IMG/VR virus record: IMGVR_UViG_3300020577_010320
Direction: 5' to 3' (one strand)
Origin: a virus
Length of the DNA stretch: 64,000 nucleotides
This document shows positions 24,902 to 32,483 of the stretch, piece after piece. The notes beneath the pieces were generated by a model, which worked only from the letters and a program-made list of their open reading frames with translations, ran no database searches and had not been told where the DNA came from. The stretch's first letter is position 1; each line of letters opens with the position of its first letter. The translations under genes and the position numbers were made by a program.

Positions 24902-25146
24902 CACCCCTCCCGGTCGAGTTTGAACGCGTCGCCCCCGCTCGGCAATAAGCGGAACACTCTGAACGTCTCCCAGACTTTGACCGCCCCACGCCGGTGTAAG
25001 TCGTCCAAGTGGTGGAATCGCATGGTGCTGTGACGCTTGCCGTACCGCACTACGGCCGTGTACTTGAGCATCCCTTCGGACTTAACAGTCTCGGTTGTTA
25101 CTCCGTACCACATGCGCCGGACGCTCTGCGTTCGAGACACGGTCAC
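24901..25146 (-). CDS. tandem-array small protein, degenerate tail
   Basis: ends ...FRLLPSGGDAFKLDREG*. Confidence 0.5.
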   Translation of the reverse strand: MTVSRTQSVRRMWYGVTTETVKSEGMLKYTAVVRYGKRHSTMRFHHLDDLHRRGAVKVWETFRVFRLLPSGGDAFKLDREG

Positions 25147-25412
25147 CCCTCTTCATCGTGAACGAACAGGCCGACGTCGCCAGGCAGAGACAACCACACC
25201 CGCCGGAGCTCCCACACCGCCAGCGTCGGCTTGACGCGAGAAGCGTAAAGATGAGGAAACCCGACGGACGCACAGAGACCGAAGCCCCGACCTGCAGCTT
25301 GATGTAAGCTGACGTCGAATGCGAACGGCCCGCGGCCTTGTATCGCGGTTCGGTTGAAGCGGCGGTAGAACCCGGACAGACCGCGTCTTAGCCTTATAAT
25401 ATGACACGACAT
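25143..25412 (-). CDS. tandem-array small protein, LPG...ELFxYDEEG-tail family
   Basis: ends ...WLSLPGDVGLFVHDEEG*. Confidence 0.6.
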   Translation of the reverse strand: MSCHIIRLRRGLSGFYRRFNRTAIQGRGPFAFDVSLHQAAGRGFGLCASVGFPHLYASRVKPTLAVWELRRVWLSLPGDVGLFVHDEEG

Positions 25413-25415
25413 GGG

Positions 25416-25646
25416 TCACCCCTCCCCGTCCCAGACGAACAGAGTTTTGCCGTTCGGCAGTTTGTTGATGTAGGCGTCGTGCGTCAGCAACCGGAATCTG
25501 TGCCTCCGGCCGCCCTCGTACATCGTCCCGAACCGGGAGAACGCGACGAACGCTGGTGCGGGGCCGTTCGCGAAGTCGTCGATCACGAGGACCCGAAACT
25601 CATACAGGTCACGCTCACGCGCCATGAGGTAGATCACGGCGGTCAC
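25416..25646 (-). CDS. tandem-array small protein, LPG...ELFxYDEEG-tail family
   Basis: ends ...YINKLPNGKTLFVWDGEG*. Confidence 0.6.
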   Translation of the reverse strand: MTAVIYLMARERDLYEFRVLVIDDFANGPAPAFVAFSRFGTMYEGGRRHRFRLLTHDAYINKLPNGKTLFVWDGEG

Positions 25647-25845
25647 CCCTCCTCATCGTAGGTGAACAGGTCGTCGAAGTTGGGCAGCTCGTCGAACAAG
25701 TAGCCGCGGGGGGCTTTCGTCAGGCCGCCGTTTGCGTACGGTAGTGGTGTGACGCGGACACACCACACACAACCCCAACCAGTCATAACGCCGGGCCAGC
25801 TACCGAACCAGAACCGATTCGGCCGCAATCCTAAGTGGGCGGTCA
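25643..25845 (-). CDS. tandem-array small protein, LPG...ELFxYDEEG-tail family (first of block E)
   Basis: MTAHLGLRPNRFWFG...LFDELPNFDDLFTYDEEG*; start ATG 25845 preceded by vestigial unit-end CTGTTCATACGAGGAGGGTCGGTATGA. Confidence 0.6.
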
Positions 25846-25869
25846 TACCGACCCTCCTCGTATGAACAG

Positions 25870-25900
25870 CTAAAAACAACCCGAGCCGTAGGCGCTCGGG
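25870..25900 (-). terminator. rho-independent terminator (minus strand) downstream of tRNA
   Basis: CCCGAGC-gcctacg-GCTCGGG hairpin followed by TTGTTTTTAGCT on minus strand. Confidence 0.55.
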
Positions 25901-25906
25901 CGTGAG

Positions 25907-25991
25907 TGGCGGTGCGGGCAGGAGTCGAACCTGCACGCCTGTCGGGGCGGGCCCTGAACACGGGCCTGTGTCTACACTTCACCACCGCACC
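25907..25991 (-). tRNA. tRNA gene with encoded CCA, long (type II-like) variable arm; anticodon tentatively GUU (Asn) but loop atypical
   Basis: minus strand: GGTGCGG acceptor / CCGCACC-G-CCA 3' end; T-arm GCAGG-TTCGACT-CCTGC; anticodon stem GGCCC/GGGCC with loop GUGUUCA; 15-nt variable region CGCCCCGACAGGCGU; 3-bp D stem. Confidence 0.7.
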
Positions 25992-25998
25992 GTGGTCG

Positions 25999-28635
25999 TC
26001 AGCCGACGTCCAGCGACGTCGAGTACTCGATCGTCTCCGACATGACGGTCAGCACCATCCCGTCGGCCGCCACGTAGTACGTGGCCTCGTCGGCCGCCTT
26101 GGTCTGGGCGGCCAGCTCCGGGTACTGCGTCGTCAGGTCGTCGTGGGTCAGGCCCGGCACGTCGAACTTGGCCGGCGTCATGCCGGACGCGCCCGTCGTG
26201 AACACGTACGGCTGGACCGACGTCCGGTACAGGTCGTCGAACTGGTCGGCCACGAGACGGGCCGCCTGGTCGATCGCGGACTGGGCCTCGGAGGCGTCCT
26301 CGCAGGCCGAGTACCCGCACCCGAGCACGCTGACCAGCTCGTGGGCCCCGAGCGTGGTCAGCGTGCTGGACGTGTCCCGGAGCAGCTTCTTCTCGCCCAT
26401 GAGCTGCATGAACGTGCTCACGACGACCGTCGCCAGGGCCGTGTCCGACTCGTGCCTGGCGCTCACCGCGACCTTGCTCTTCCCGCCCGTGACCCCCTCG
26501 AACCAGCCCCGCAGGGTGGTCTCCTTGGTCGGGACGGGCTTCTTGTCGACGGTGAGCGAGAAGTACTTCCGGAACAGCTCGTTCCCGGACGGCAGGTCCA
26601 GGGACGCGACGTCCACCGTCCCGATCGAGATCACGTACCCCTTGCGGAAGTCGATCAGCCCGCGCTGGACGAAATCCTGGTACGCCGGGTTGTCCTTCTT
26701 CAGCCGGACGCCCTTCGGGGCGGGCGGGTACGGGTTGGCCGACGGCGCGCTGAAGTACCCGGCCGGCGTCAGGTTCCACGCCTTGTACGCCTCCTTGGCT
26801 TCCGGGGACAGGTTGTCGGGGTCGCCGCTCTTGAGGGCGTTGAGGAACTTCATCATGACCGCCAGAGACAGCAGACGGTCGAACATGTGGCGGGTGACGC
26901 CGTGACTACCCGAGTCGTCCACGGTCACCACCGGCCGGTTTTCGAAGGAGACGACGTACGTCTCGCCGGCGAAGAAGCCGTCTTTGCCGTCCGCCTTCGT
27001 CACCGCCCCGATCCGCCGCAGGGCGTTGTACATGGGTTGGGTGTTGATCCGGATCGGCAGGCGCGGCGTGCAGACCCTGCCGTCGCCCACCAGCGTGAAC
27101 TGACGGTACGTCTGCAGCTTGGGCGCCGGCACGCCGCCCAGGTCGTCGCCGTACTTCAGGGTCTTCCCGGTGACGATGTTCTCCAGGACGACGTCCTGCA
27201 CCACCCGGAGGTTGACGGTCGCCGTGTTGCGGTTCGTCTCGAACGCCGTCGGCTTGGCCAGCTGGCCGGAGAGCGCGACGGCGCGGACCGGGTTGGGCTC
27301 GAACGTCGCCTCGCCGGCGTCGTCGACCACCCACTTCCCCTGCCGGCTCTTGAGGCCGCGGCGTTGGTACGCCTGGTACACCTCGGCCGGGTCGACGAGG
27401 AAGTCGCCCATGTGGCGCTTGAGCGTGTTGATCACGCCCATCACGGACACGCGGTCGTCCTCGCCGGCCGGGGCGTACTCGCGGCCGGTCAGGTCGCCGG
27501 CGATCAGCAGGGCGTCGAGCTCGGCGGCGAACGCGCCCAGGTCCTCCTGGTCCAGGGCGTCGCGGTACCGCTTGACCAGGGCGACGTCCTCGGAGGCGAG
27601 GAGCGCCGTCTTGGCCACGTTCAGGCGGCCGGCGGCCAGGGCGGCGCGGGCCAGGGCGTACGCCGCCTTGCCGCGCTGGGCCGCCGGGAACGCGGACTTG
27701 TCGTACTCGGCCTCGTCCGTGAACTTGAACTGGTACACCGTCGCTTCGCCCGGGGCGAGGGCCGGCACCAGCAGGTCGGCCTGCCCGCACGCGACCCGCT
27801 TGGACTGCGAGCCGGTCACCACCTGGCAGTTGAACCCCTTGGGCAGCGGGAACAGCTGGGCCGGCTCCGAGCACGTCTCCCGCAGCTTCGCCGCCGACGC
27901 GTACATGGCGTTGTACACCTCGGCCAGCGTGCCGCTCTTGACGGCCGTCCCGCCGCCGGTCGTCGCCAGGGTGCCGAGCAGGCGGACGTCGCCCCACCCG
28001 TGACAGACGGTGTTCAGGTACGCGTTCTTCTCGGCGAGGGACGCGGCGAGCCGGGTCAGCTTCCGCTCCTCGGAGGCGGACGACGGGTCGTTGAAGTACC
28101 CGTCCGTGTGCAGGACGATGCAGGTCGTCTCGTCCGGGTCGAGCGCGTCGACCGCGGCCTCCAGGGCCTGCGACGCGCAGGTCATGCACGACGCCGTGAT
28201 GCGGTCGATCGCCCGCTGCTCGGCGGAGTTGCGGGCGTTCACCTGGGAGATCGGGCTCCGGATGAACTCCTCCCGGCAGTCGCCCTGGCTGCTGTACGTG
28301 TACAGGCTGACCTTGAAGTTCGCGTCCTGCTTGTACTCGTCCACCGCCAGCAGCTTCTTGATCTCCGCCCTCATGCCCTCGATCTGGCCGTACATCGACC
28401 CCGAGCGGTCGACGATCAGGACCAGGTGGGCGACCTTGGTCTGGACCGGCGCCTCGGCCACCGCCGGCACGGCGACCTCGAACGCGTTACAGAGCACGTA
28501 CTGCAGCGCGTCGCCGTTCTGGCTGTACGTCCGGAACTTCACCGACCGCGGCACGCCGCCGGTCCTCTCCACCGCCGTCCGGTCGCCGGTCTTCGTCTTG
28601 GTGACCGGAGCCTTCGCCGTCTTCGTCTTAGCCAT
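25999..28635 (-). CDS. large von Willebrand factor A (VWA) domain protein
   Basis: LVLIVDRSGSMYG (MIDAS DxSxS) ... TCIVLHTDGYFND; start trimmed to MAKTKTAKAP (ATG 28633-28635) with AAGGGGA SD; ~878 aa. Confidence 0.7.
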   Translation of the reverse strand: MAKTKTAKAPVTKTKTGDRTAVERTGGVPRSVKFRTYSQNGDALQYVLCNAFEVAVPAVAEAPVQTKVAHLVLIVDRSGSMYGQIEGMRAEIKKLLAVDEYKQDANFKVSLYTYSSQGDCREEFIRSPISQVNARNSAEQRAIDRITASCMTCASQALEAAVDALDPDETTCIVLHTDGYFNDPSSASEERKLTRLAASLAEKNAYLNTVCHGWGDVRLLGTLATTGGGTAVKSGTLAEVYNAMYASAAKLRETCSEPAQLFPLPKGFNCQVVTGSQSKRVACGQADLLVPALAPGEATVYQFKFTDEAEYDKSAFPAAQRGKAAYALARAALAAGRLNVAKTALLASEDVALVKRYRDALDQEDLGAFAAELDALLIAGDLTGREYAPAGEDDRVSVMGVINTLKRHMGDFLVDPAEVYQAYQRRGLKSRQGKWVVDDAGEATFEPNPVRAVALSGQLAKPTAFETNRNTATVNLRVVQDVVLENIVTGKTLKYGDDLGGVPAPKLQTYRQFTLVGDGRVCTPRLPIRINTQPMYNALRRIGAVTKADGKDGFFAGETYVVSFENRPVVTVDDSGSHGVTRHMFDRLLSLAVMMKFLNALKSGDPDNLSPEAKEAYKAWNLTPAGYFSAPSANPYPPAPKGVRLKKDNPAYQDFVQRGLIDFRKGYVISIGTVDVASLDLPSGNELFRKYFSLTVDKKPVPTKETTLRGWFEGVTGGKSKVAVSARHESDTALATVVVSTFMQLMGEKKLLRDTSSTLTTLGAHELVSVLGCGYSACEDASEAQSAIDQAARLVADQFDDLYRTSVQPYVFTTGASGMTPAKFDVPGLTHDDLTTQYPELAAQTKAADEATYYVAADGMVLTVMSETIEYSTSLDVG

Positions 28636-28711
28636 GACACATCCCCTTAGTGTGCGTCGGTCGGCAACGGCGCCTCTCGACAAGTGATAGTGACACGATG
28701 CGCGGCAGAAT

Positions 28712-28957
28712 TCAGCCACCCAGGTGGGCGTACTCGTCGACGTCCAGGACGAACAGGGTTTCGTCGCGCGGGAACCCTGTGTAATTGATGTCCGCGCGCC
28801 ACCGGGTGTCAAGGGGCTGGTACTTAGGCAAGTTGCTCACCACCCTGAACACCCACCTCGGCGGACAGCCGAGGACGCCACACGAAATGTCACCCTCTAA
28901 GCCGCAGGCGCACCCCATGCGGCGGTACACCTCCATGAACCACTTCGGCTTCGACAT
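28712..28957 (-). CDS. tandem-array small protein, degenerate/extended tail
   Basis: ...RDETLFVLDVDEYAHLGG*; start MSKPKW overlapping upstream TGA. Confidence 0.45.
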   Translation of the reverse strand: MSKPKWFMEVYRRMGCACGLEGDISCGVLGCPPRWVFRVVSNLPKYQPLDTRWRADINYTGFPRDETLFVLDVDEYAHLGG

Positions 28958-29183
28958 CAGCCCTCCTCGTCGTAGGTGAACAGCGTAGTCCCGTTCGGTA
29001 ACAAACTGGAGTACACGCCGTTGACCAGGTCGTACCACGTTGTCGCGTAGGTCTCCGGTTTCACCTGTATCTCCGACAGGTCCGCATAAGCGCTGCCGTC
29101 AGTGGCGTACAGATATACCGACATGTAAGCTCTGAGATTTGTGGCTCTACACATGCGGTACTGCGTTGCCTTACGTAGCACGT
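28957..29183 (-). CDS. tandem-array small protein, LPG...ELFxYDEEG-tail family
   Basis: ends ...SSLLPNGTTLFTYDEEG*; identical 15-aa tail to next gene. Confidence 0.6.
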
Positions 29184-29446
29184 CAGCCCTCCTCGTCGTA
29201 GGTGAACAGCGTAGTCCCGTTCGGTAACAGGTGCGAACCCTTACGTCGGCGACCGCGGTCGTTGTAAGACCAGACGTATCGCCCTGGCTCCAGTCGCAAC
29301 CTGACACTTCGCCAGACGCCGTCATAGGCATAGCGTGTGTGTACTTCGCACGCGTTGGCACAGCTCCTGTTGTGCGTCTTGGCCCGCGATACCACGACCG
29401 TTTTACGGCTAGAGAGCGTCGTCCCACGATCCACAGACGTCGTCAT
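29183..29446 (-). CDS. tandem-array small protein, LPG...ELFxYDEEG-tail family
   Basis: ends ...SHLLPNGTTLFTYDEEG*. Confidence 0.6.
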   Translation of the reverse strand: MTTSVDRGTTLSSRKTVVVSRAKTHNRSCANACEVHTRYAYDGVWRSVRLRLEPGRYVWSYNDRGRRRKGSHLLPNGTTLFTYDEEG

Positions 29447-29447
29447 G

Positions 29448-29669
29448 TCAGCCCTCCGCGTCGAGCACGAACAGTTCGCTCAGGCACCCGTCGTCCGCCA
29501 CCTGGCGCGGCAGGCGTTGCAGGATCCGCTTGTACCGCTTGCTACCGCTCTTACCGGCCCCGCGTTGCTTTATCTCCGCCCAGCCGCCGTACTTGTACTC
29601 GACGTACACGCACGGCGGGTTCTTGCGAGTGTCACGAAACACGTCGGTAGTATGACGCTTACCACTCAT
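29448..29669 (-). CDS. tandem-array small protein, LPG...ELFxYDEEG-tail family
   Basis: ends ...LQRLPRQVADDGCLSELFVLDAEG*. Confidence 0.55.
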   Translation of the reverse strand: MSGKRHTTDVFRDTRKNPPCVYVEYKYGGWAEIKQRGAGKSGSKRYKRILQRLPRQVADDGCLSELFVLDAEG

Positions 29670-30048
29670 GTTCCAACCTCGCGGCCTCGGGGATGATGGC
29701 GGGCGTCTCCGCGAACTCGGCGGTGTCGCATACGAACAATTCCTGGCGGTTCGGCAGGAGGTCCCAGACCTGCCAAAAGTCCTTGGGCTTCCCCTTGAGT
29801 CGCTTCGCCTCGGCCTTGGAGATCCCCCACCGGCGGTTCTTAGGTTCGCGCATGGTGGGCGGCGCGAGTACGTAAGCGGCGTCGATGAATGACGCCATAC
29901 ATATCATCCCAGGATGACCACTGTACTCGGTCAGGTAGGACACCTCGACCATCGCCACCTCCCGCGTGCGCGCGTTCTCGTCGGCGAGCATCGGCCGCTT
30001 GGCAAACCGCCGCGCCTCGATGTACCGGCACTCCCGCACAGATTCCAT
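29659..30048 (-). CDS. family member with internal tail motif and C-terminal extension
   Basis: ...WQVWDLLPNRQELFVCDTAEFAETPAIIPEAARLEHEW*; motif internal, no DEEG stop. Confidence 0.5.
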   Translation of the reverse strand: MESVRECRYIEARRFAKRPMLADENARTREVAMVEVSYLTEYSGHPGMICMASFIDAAYVLAPPTMREPKNRRWGISKAEAKRLKGKPKDFWQVWDLLPNRQELFVCDTAEFAETPAIIPEAARLEHEW

Positions 30049-30065
30049 GAGACCCCTCCGTGACG

Positions 30066-30098
30066 CGTAAAGAAACGCGGTGCGACGGGCACCGCGTT
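30066..30098 (-). terminator. rho-independent terminator (minus strand)
   Basis: CGCGGTGC-gacgg-GCACCGCG hairpin followed by TTTCTTT on minus strand. Confidence 0.55.
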
Positions 30099-30108
30099 GT
30101 GACTCACT

Positions 30109-30249
30109 TCTGCATCTCCACCTTGAGCGACGCGCTCATCGGGGTGGGGGCCACGCCCGCGTAGTGGGCGTGGACGACGACTTTCTGGTAGCTGCAGCCG
30201 GCGCAGCTGACGATGGTGGACAGGGCGAAGGCGCGCAGGGCGTTCATGG
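30109..30249 (-). CDS. possible small lipoprotein (46 aa) not in ORF track
   Basis: MNALRAFALSTIVSCAGCSYQK... signal peptide plus lipobox-like IVSC; sits between RNA ligase and terminator. Confidence 0.3.
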
Positions 30250-30313
30250 GTCTAGTCCGTGACCAGGTAGTGTGGTTCCGTCCACAACATGGTGACAGCC
30301 CTGACCGCCCTAT

Positions 30314-31501
30314 TTACCGCCGCTTCGCGACCTTCATGGTCATGTACTCGGGCGAGATCAGCTTCAGGATCACGCGCCCGTACCGGGGGTTGTGGGTCTC
30401 GATCGTTGGCCGGATCACCAGGCCCTCGCAGACCGTCCCGGCGGCGCACCCGGGGGCCGCGGACTTCCGGTCGCTCATCGCCTCCAGCTGGGCGAAGTCG
30501 AACGGCACGTCCTCGGCGATCAGAGGGGCGGTCGGCACGCCGGCCCGGGTCAGCAGGTTGTACGCCTCCGACCCGTTCAGGAACCGACCGTCCGTGTACA
30601 CGTCGAACGCCGCGAACTTGTTGCCGTCCGGGAACCCGTACTTGACCTGGTGGGTGTTACCGTACACCTCCCCGTACACCGTCGTGCCGGGGTTGGCGGC
30701 CAGGAACGTCCACAGCTCCGTCTGCTTCTCGAAGAACTCCCAGATGCCCGCGACGCGGCCCTTCTTCTTCTCGATCTCCGCCAGCACCCGGTTGACCCCG
30801 TCGACGTTCGGGGTGCCGTCCTGGAGCTTCATATTCGCCTCCAGGTACTCGCGGGTGACGTGGTCGTAGTTGGGGTTGCGGCGGACCCAGCAGTTGCGGG
30901 ACTTGACCCAGTACCGACCGTCGTGGAAGACGACGCGATAGTTGGACCCGTCCAGCTTCTCCTGGACGAACACCGGCGTGCCCGCGTCGATCAGCGTCAT
31001 GTTGCTGCGGAGGGCGTCGACGTCGTAGTAGTCGGGCCCGGTCAAGAGGTCCGGGCCCGGCTCGTGCTCGCCTCCGATCGTGAACCCGCGTTTCTTGTGG
31101 CCGCCGGCCGTGGGGTCGTCGGCGTCGTACCGCTTCACACCCAGCCGCTCGGCCCAGTCCTCACCCACGACCGCGTCGGCCGGGGCGGGGACCAGCAGGC
31201 CGTAGCTGACGTACTTCTTCAGAAACTTGCGGGCGCGGATCCGGGCCAGGCCGTCGGAGTCGGCCTGCGGGGCCAGGAAGCCGAACTCGGGTCGGGTCGT
31301 GTCGACCACGCTGTCGGGGACGACGTACACGGCCTTGTCGACGCCGGCCCAGTCCTCGGTCCGGACGACGCAGGTGTACCCACCCACGCGGACCAGCGAC
31401 AGTGCGTCGGCGTCCTCGATCTTGGTCATCTCGAACGGCACCACCAGCGCCTGGTGGGTCGTCTTCTTGTTCAACAGCATCGGTGTGGCGGTCTCGGACA
31501 T
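30314..31501 (-). CDS. ATP-dependent RNA ligase-like nucleotidyltransferase
   Basis: motif I FVQEKLDGSNYRVVF (KxDGxN as in Rnl2/Rnl3-type ligases); 395 aa. Confidence 0.55.
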   Translation of the reverse strand: MSETATPMLLNKKTTHQALVVPFEMTKIEDADALSLVRVGGYTCVVRTEDWAGVDKAVYVVPDSVVDTTRPEFGFLAPQADSDGLARIRARKFLKKYVSYGLLVPAPADAVVGEDWAERLGVKRYDADDPTAGGHKKRGFTIGGEHEPGPDLLTGPDYYDVDALRSNMTLIDAGTPVFVQEKLDGSNYRVVFHDGRYWVKSRNCWVRRNPNYDHVTREYLEANMKLQDGTPNVDGVNRVLAEIEKKKGRVAGIWEFFEKQTELWTFLAANPGTTVYGEVYGNTHQVKYGFPDGNKFAAFDVYTDGRFLNGSEAYNLLTRAGVPTAPLIAEDVPFDFAQLEAMSDRKSAAPGCAAGTVCEGLVIRPTIETHNPRYGRVILKLISPEYMTMKVAKRR

Positions 31502-31576
31502 GTCGGCCTCGGGTAGTGTAGGGAAAAGAATCGGAAAAAGGCTCCGCGGCTGGTGTGGCCGCGGGGCGGAGAGTGG

Positions 31577-32419
31577 TTACTTACCGGCCGGGTGCATTTC
31601 CTTGAACAGCGGCATGCCGTCGGACCCGGTGGGGACGTAGACGGTCGCGCCGTGGTTCTCCTTCAGGGCCTGGATCCACAGGTAGCGCAGGTAGTTAGAG
31701 TCCAGGTCCTTCTTGATGATGGCCTGGGCGTCGGCGATGCCCTTGGCCTCGATCACCTTGGACTCGGCCTCCAACTCTTTCTGCCGCTTGTTGGTCAACC
31801 CCTCCTGCTCCTTCTGCTTGAACACGTACGCCATCCGGAGCGCGTCCTGCTCGGCCGACGCCTTGGCCTCGATCCGGGACTTGACGCTCTCCGGCAGGTG
31901 CGGCTCCTGGATCATCACCTGCTCGACGATGAAGCCCTGCGGCGCCAGGTCTTTGTTCAGGTGGGCGGTGATCTTTCGCTCCACCTCGGTCCGCGCGTCC
32001 GTGTACAGGGCCTCAGGCGCGTACTCGGCCCCGACGTCGTTCATCGCGTTCTTGAAGTACGGGTCCACCAAGACCTTCTCGTACTCCTCGCCGACGGCCG
32101 CCAGGAGCGTCGTCAGCTTGGCCGGGTCGACGCGGTACAGGAGGACGCCCTTCACCTTCACGGGCAGGCCGCCCTTGGTGGGGATCGTCATCTCCTCCTC
32201 GTTCCGCTTCGTTTGCAGGTTGATGCGGTGGACCGACTTCCACGGGAGCACCAGGTACGGGCCGCCCGGCTGCAAGGTCTGGTCGTTGATCGCGCCGAAA
32301 CTGTACATCACCCCGACCGACCCCGTCGGGATGCTGAAGCAGACGCAGGTGACCGGGAACAGGATCGCCACGACCACGGCCAGGGCGATCAGCAGGAAGA
32401 CCTTCAGCTCGCTATCCAT
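31577..32419 (-). CDS. SPFH/band-7 (prohibitin/HflC-like) membrane protein
   Basis: N-terminal TM then SPFH core ...GLPVKVKGVLLYRVDPAKL...EQDALRMAYVFKQKEQEG...AKGIADAQAII; 280 aa. Confidence 0.8.
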   Translation of the reverse strand: MDSELKVFLLIALAVVVAILFPVTCVCFSIPTGSVGVMYSFGAINDQTLQPGGPYLVLPWKSVHRINLQTKRNEEEMTIPTKGGLPVKVKGVLLYRVDPAKLTTLLAAVGEEYEKVLVDPYFKNAMNDVGAEYAPEALYTDARTEVERKITAHLNKDLAPQGFIVEQVMIQEPHLPESVKSRIEAKASAEQDALRMAYVFKQKEQEGLTNKRQKELEAESKVIEAKGIADAQAIIKKDLDSNYLRYLWIQALKENHGATVYVPTGSDGMPLFKEMHPAGK

Positions 32420-32483
32420 GTGCTACTCACATCAGGAGGGAAACGGGGGCGGAACACCCGCCCCCCGTGGACGGCTTACGCCG

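Noticed and set aside
26906-28189. 427-aa minus-strand ORF in an alternative frame
   Set aside because: It overlaps the VWA gene in another frame and its composition is Arg/Gly/Pro-dominated, so it is an artefact.
25906-28650. 914-aa plus-strand ORF
   Set aside because: It is antisense to the VWA gene. Its Arg/Gly/Pro/Val-rich low-complexity translation is typical of high-GC antisense frames, and it has no motif.
5-30048. 'RRGGVM'/'HLRRGGV' N-terminal extensions on track ORFs of the array
   Set aside because: These are read-through of the upstream GACGAGGAGGGGTGATG junction in the downstream frame. The trimmed genes start at the codon overlapping the upstream stop, and trimmed lengths fit exactly (e.g. 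735-962, 4168-4371).
1-30048. CRISPR array, suggested by the repeated ~45-nt conserved elements
   Set aside because: The repeats are the coding 3' ends of genes and are irregularly spaced (180-480 bp) and protein-coding throughout, with no spacer/repeat periodicity.
30213-30869. 218-aa plus-strand ORF
   Set aside because: It is antisense to the RNA ligase gene, which carries the KxDGxN motif.
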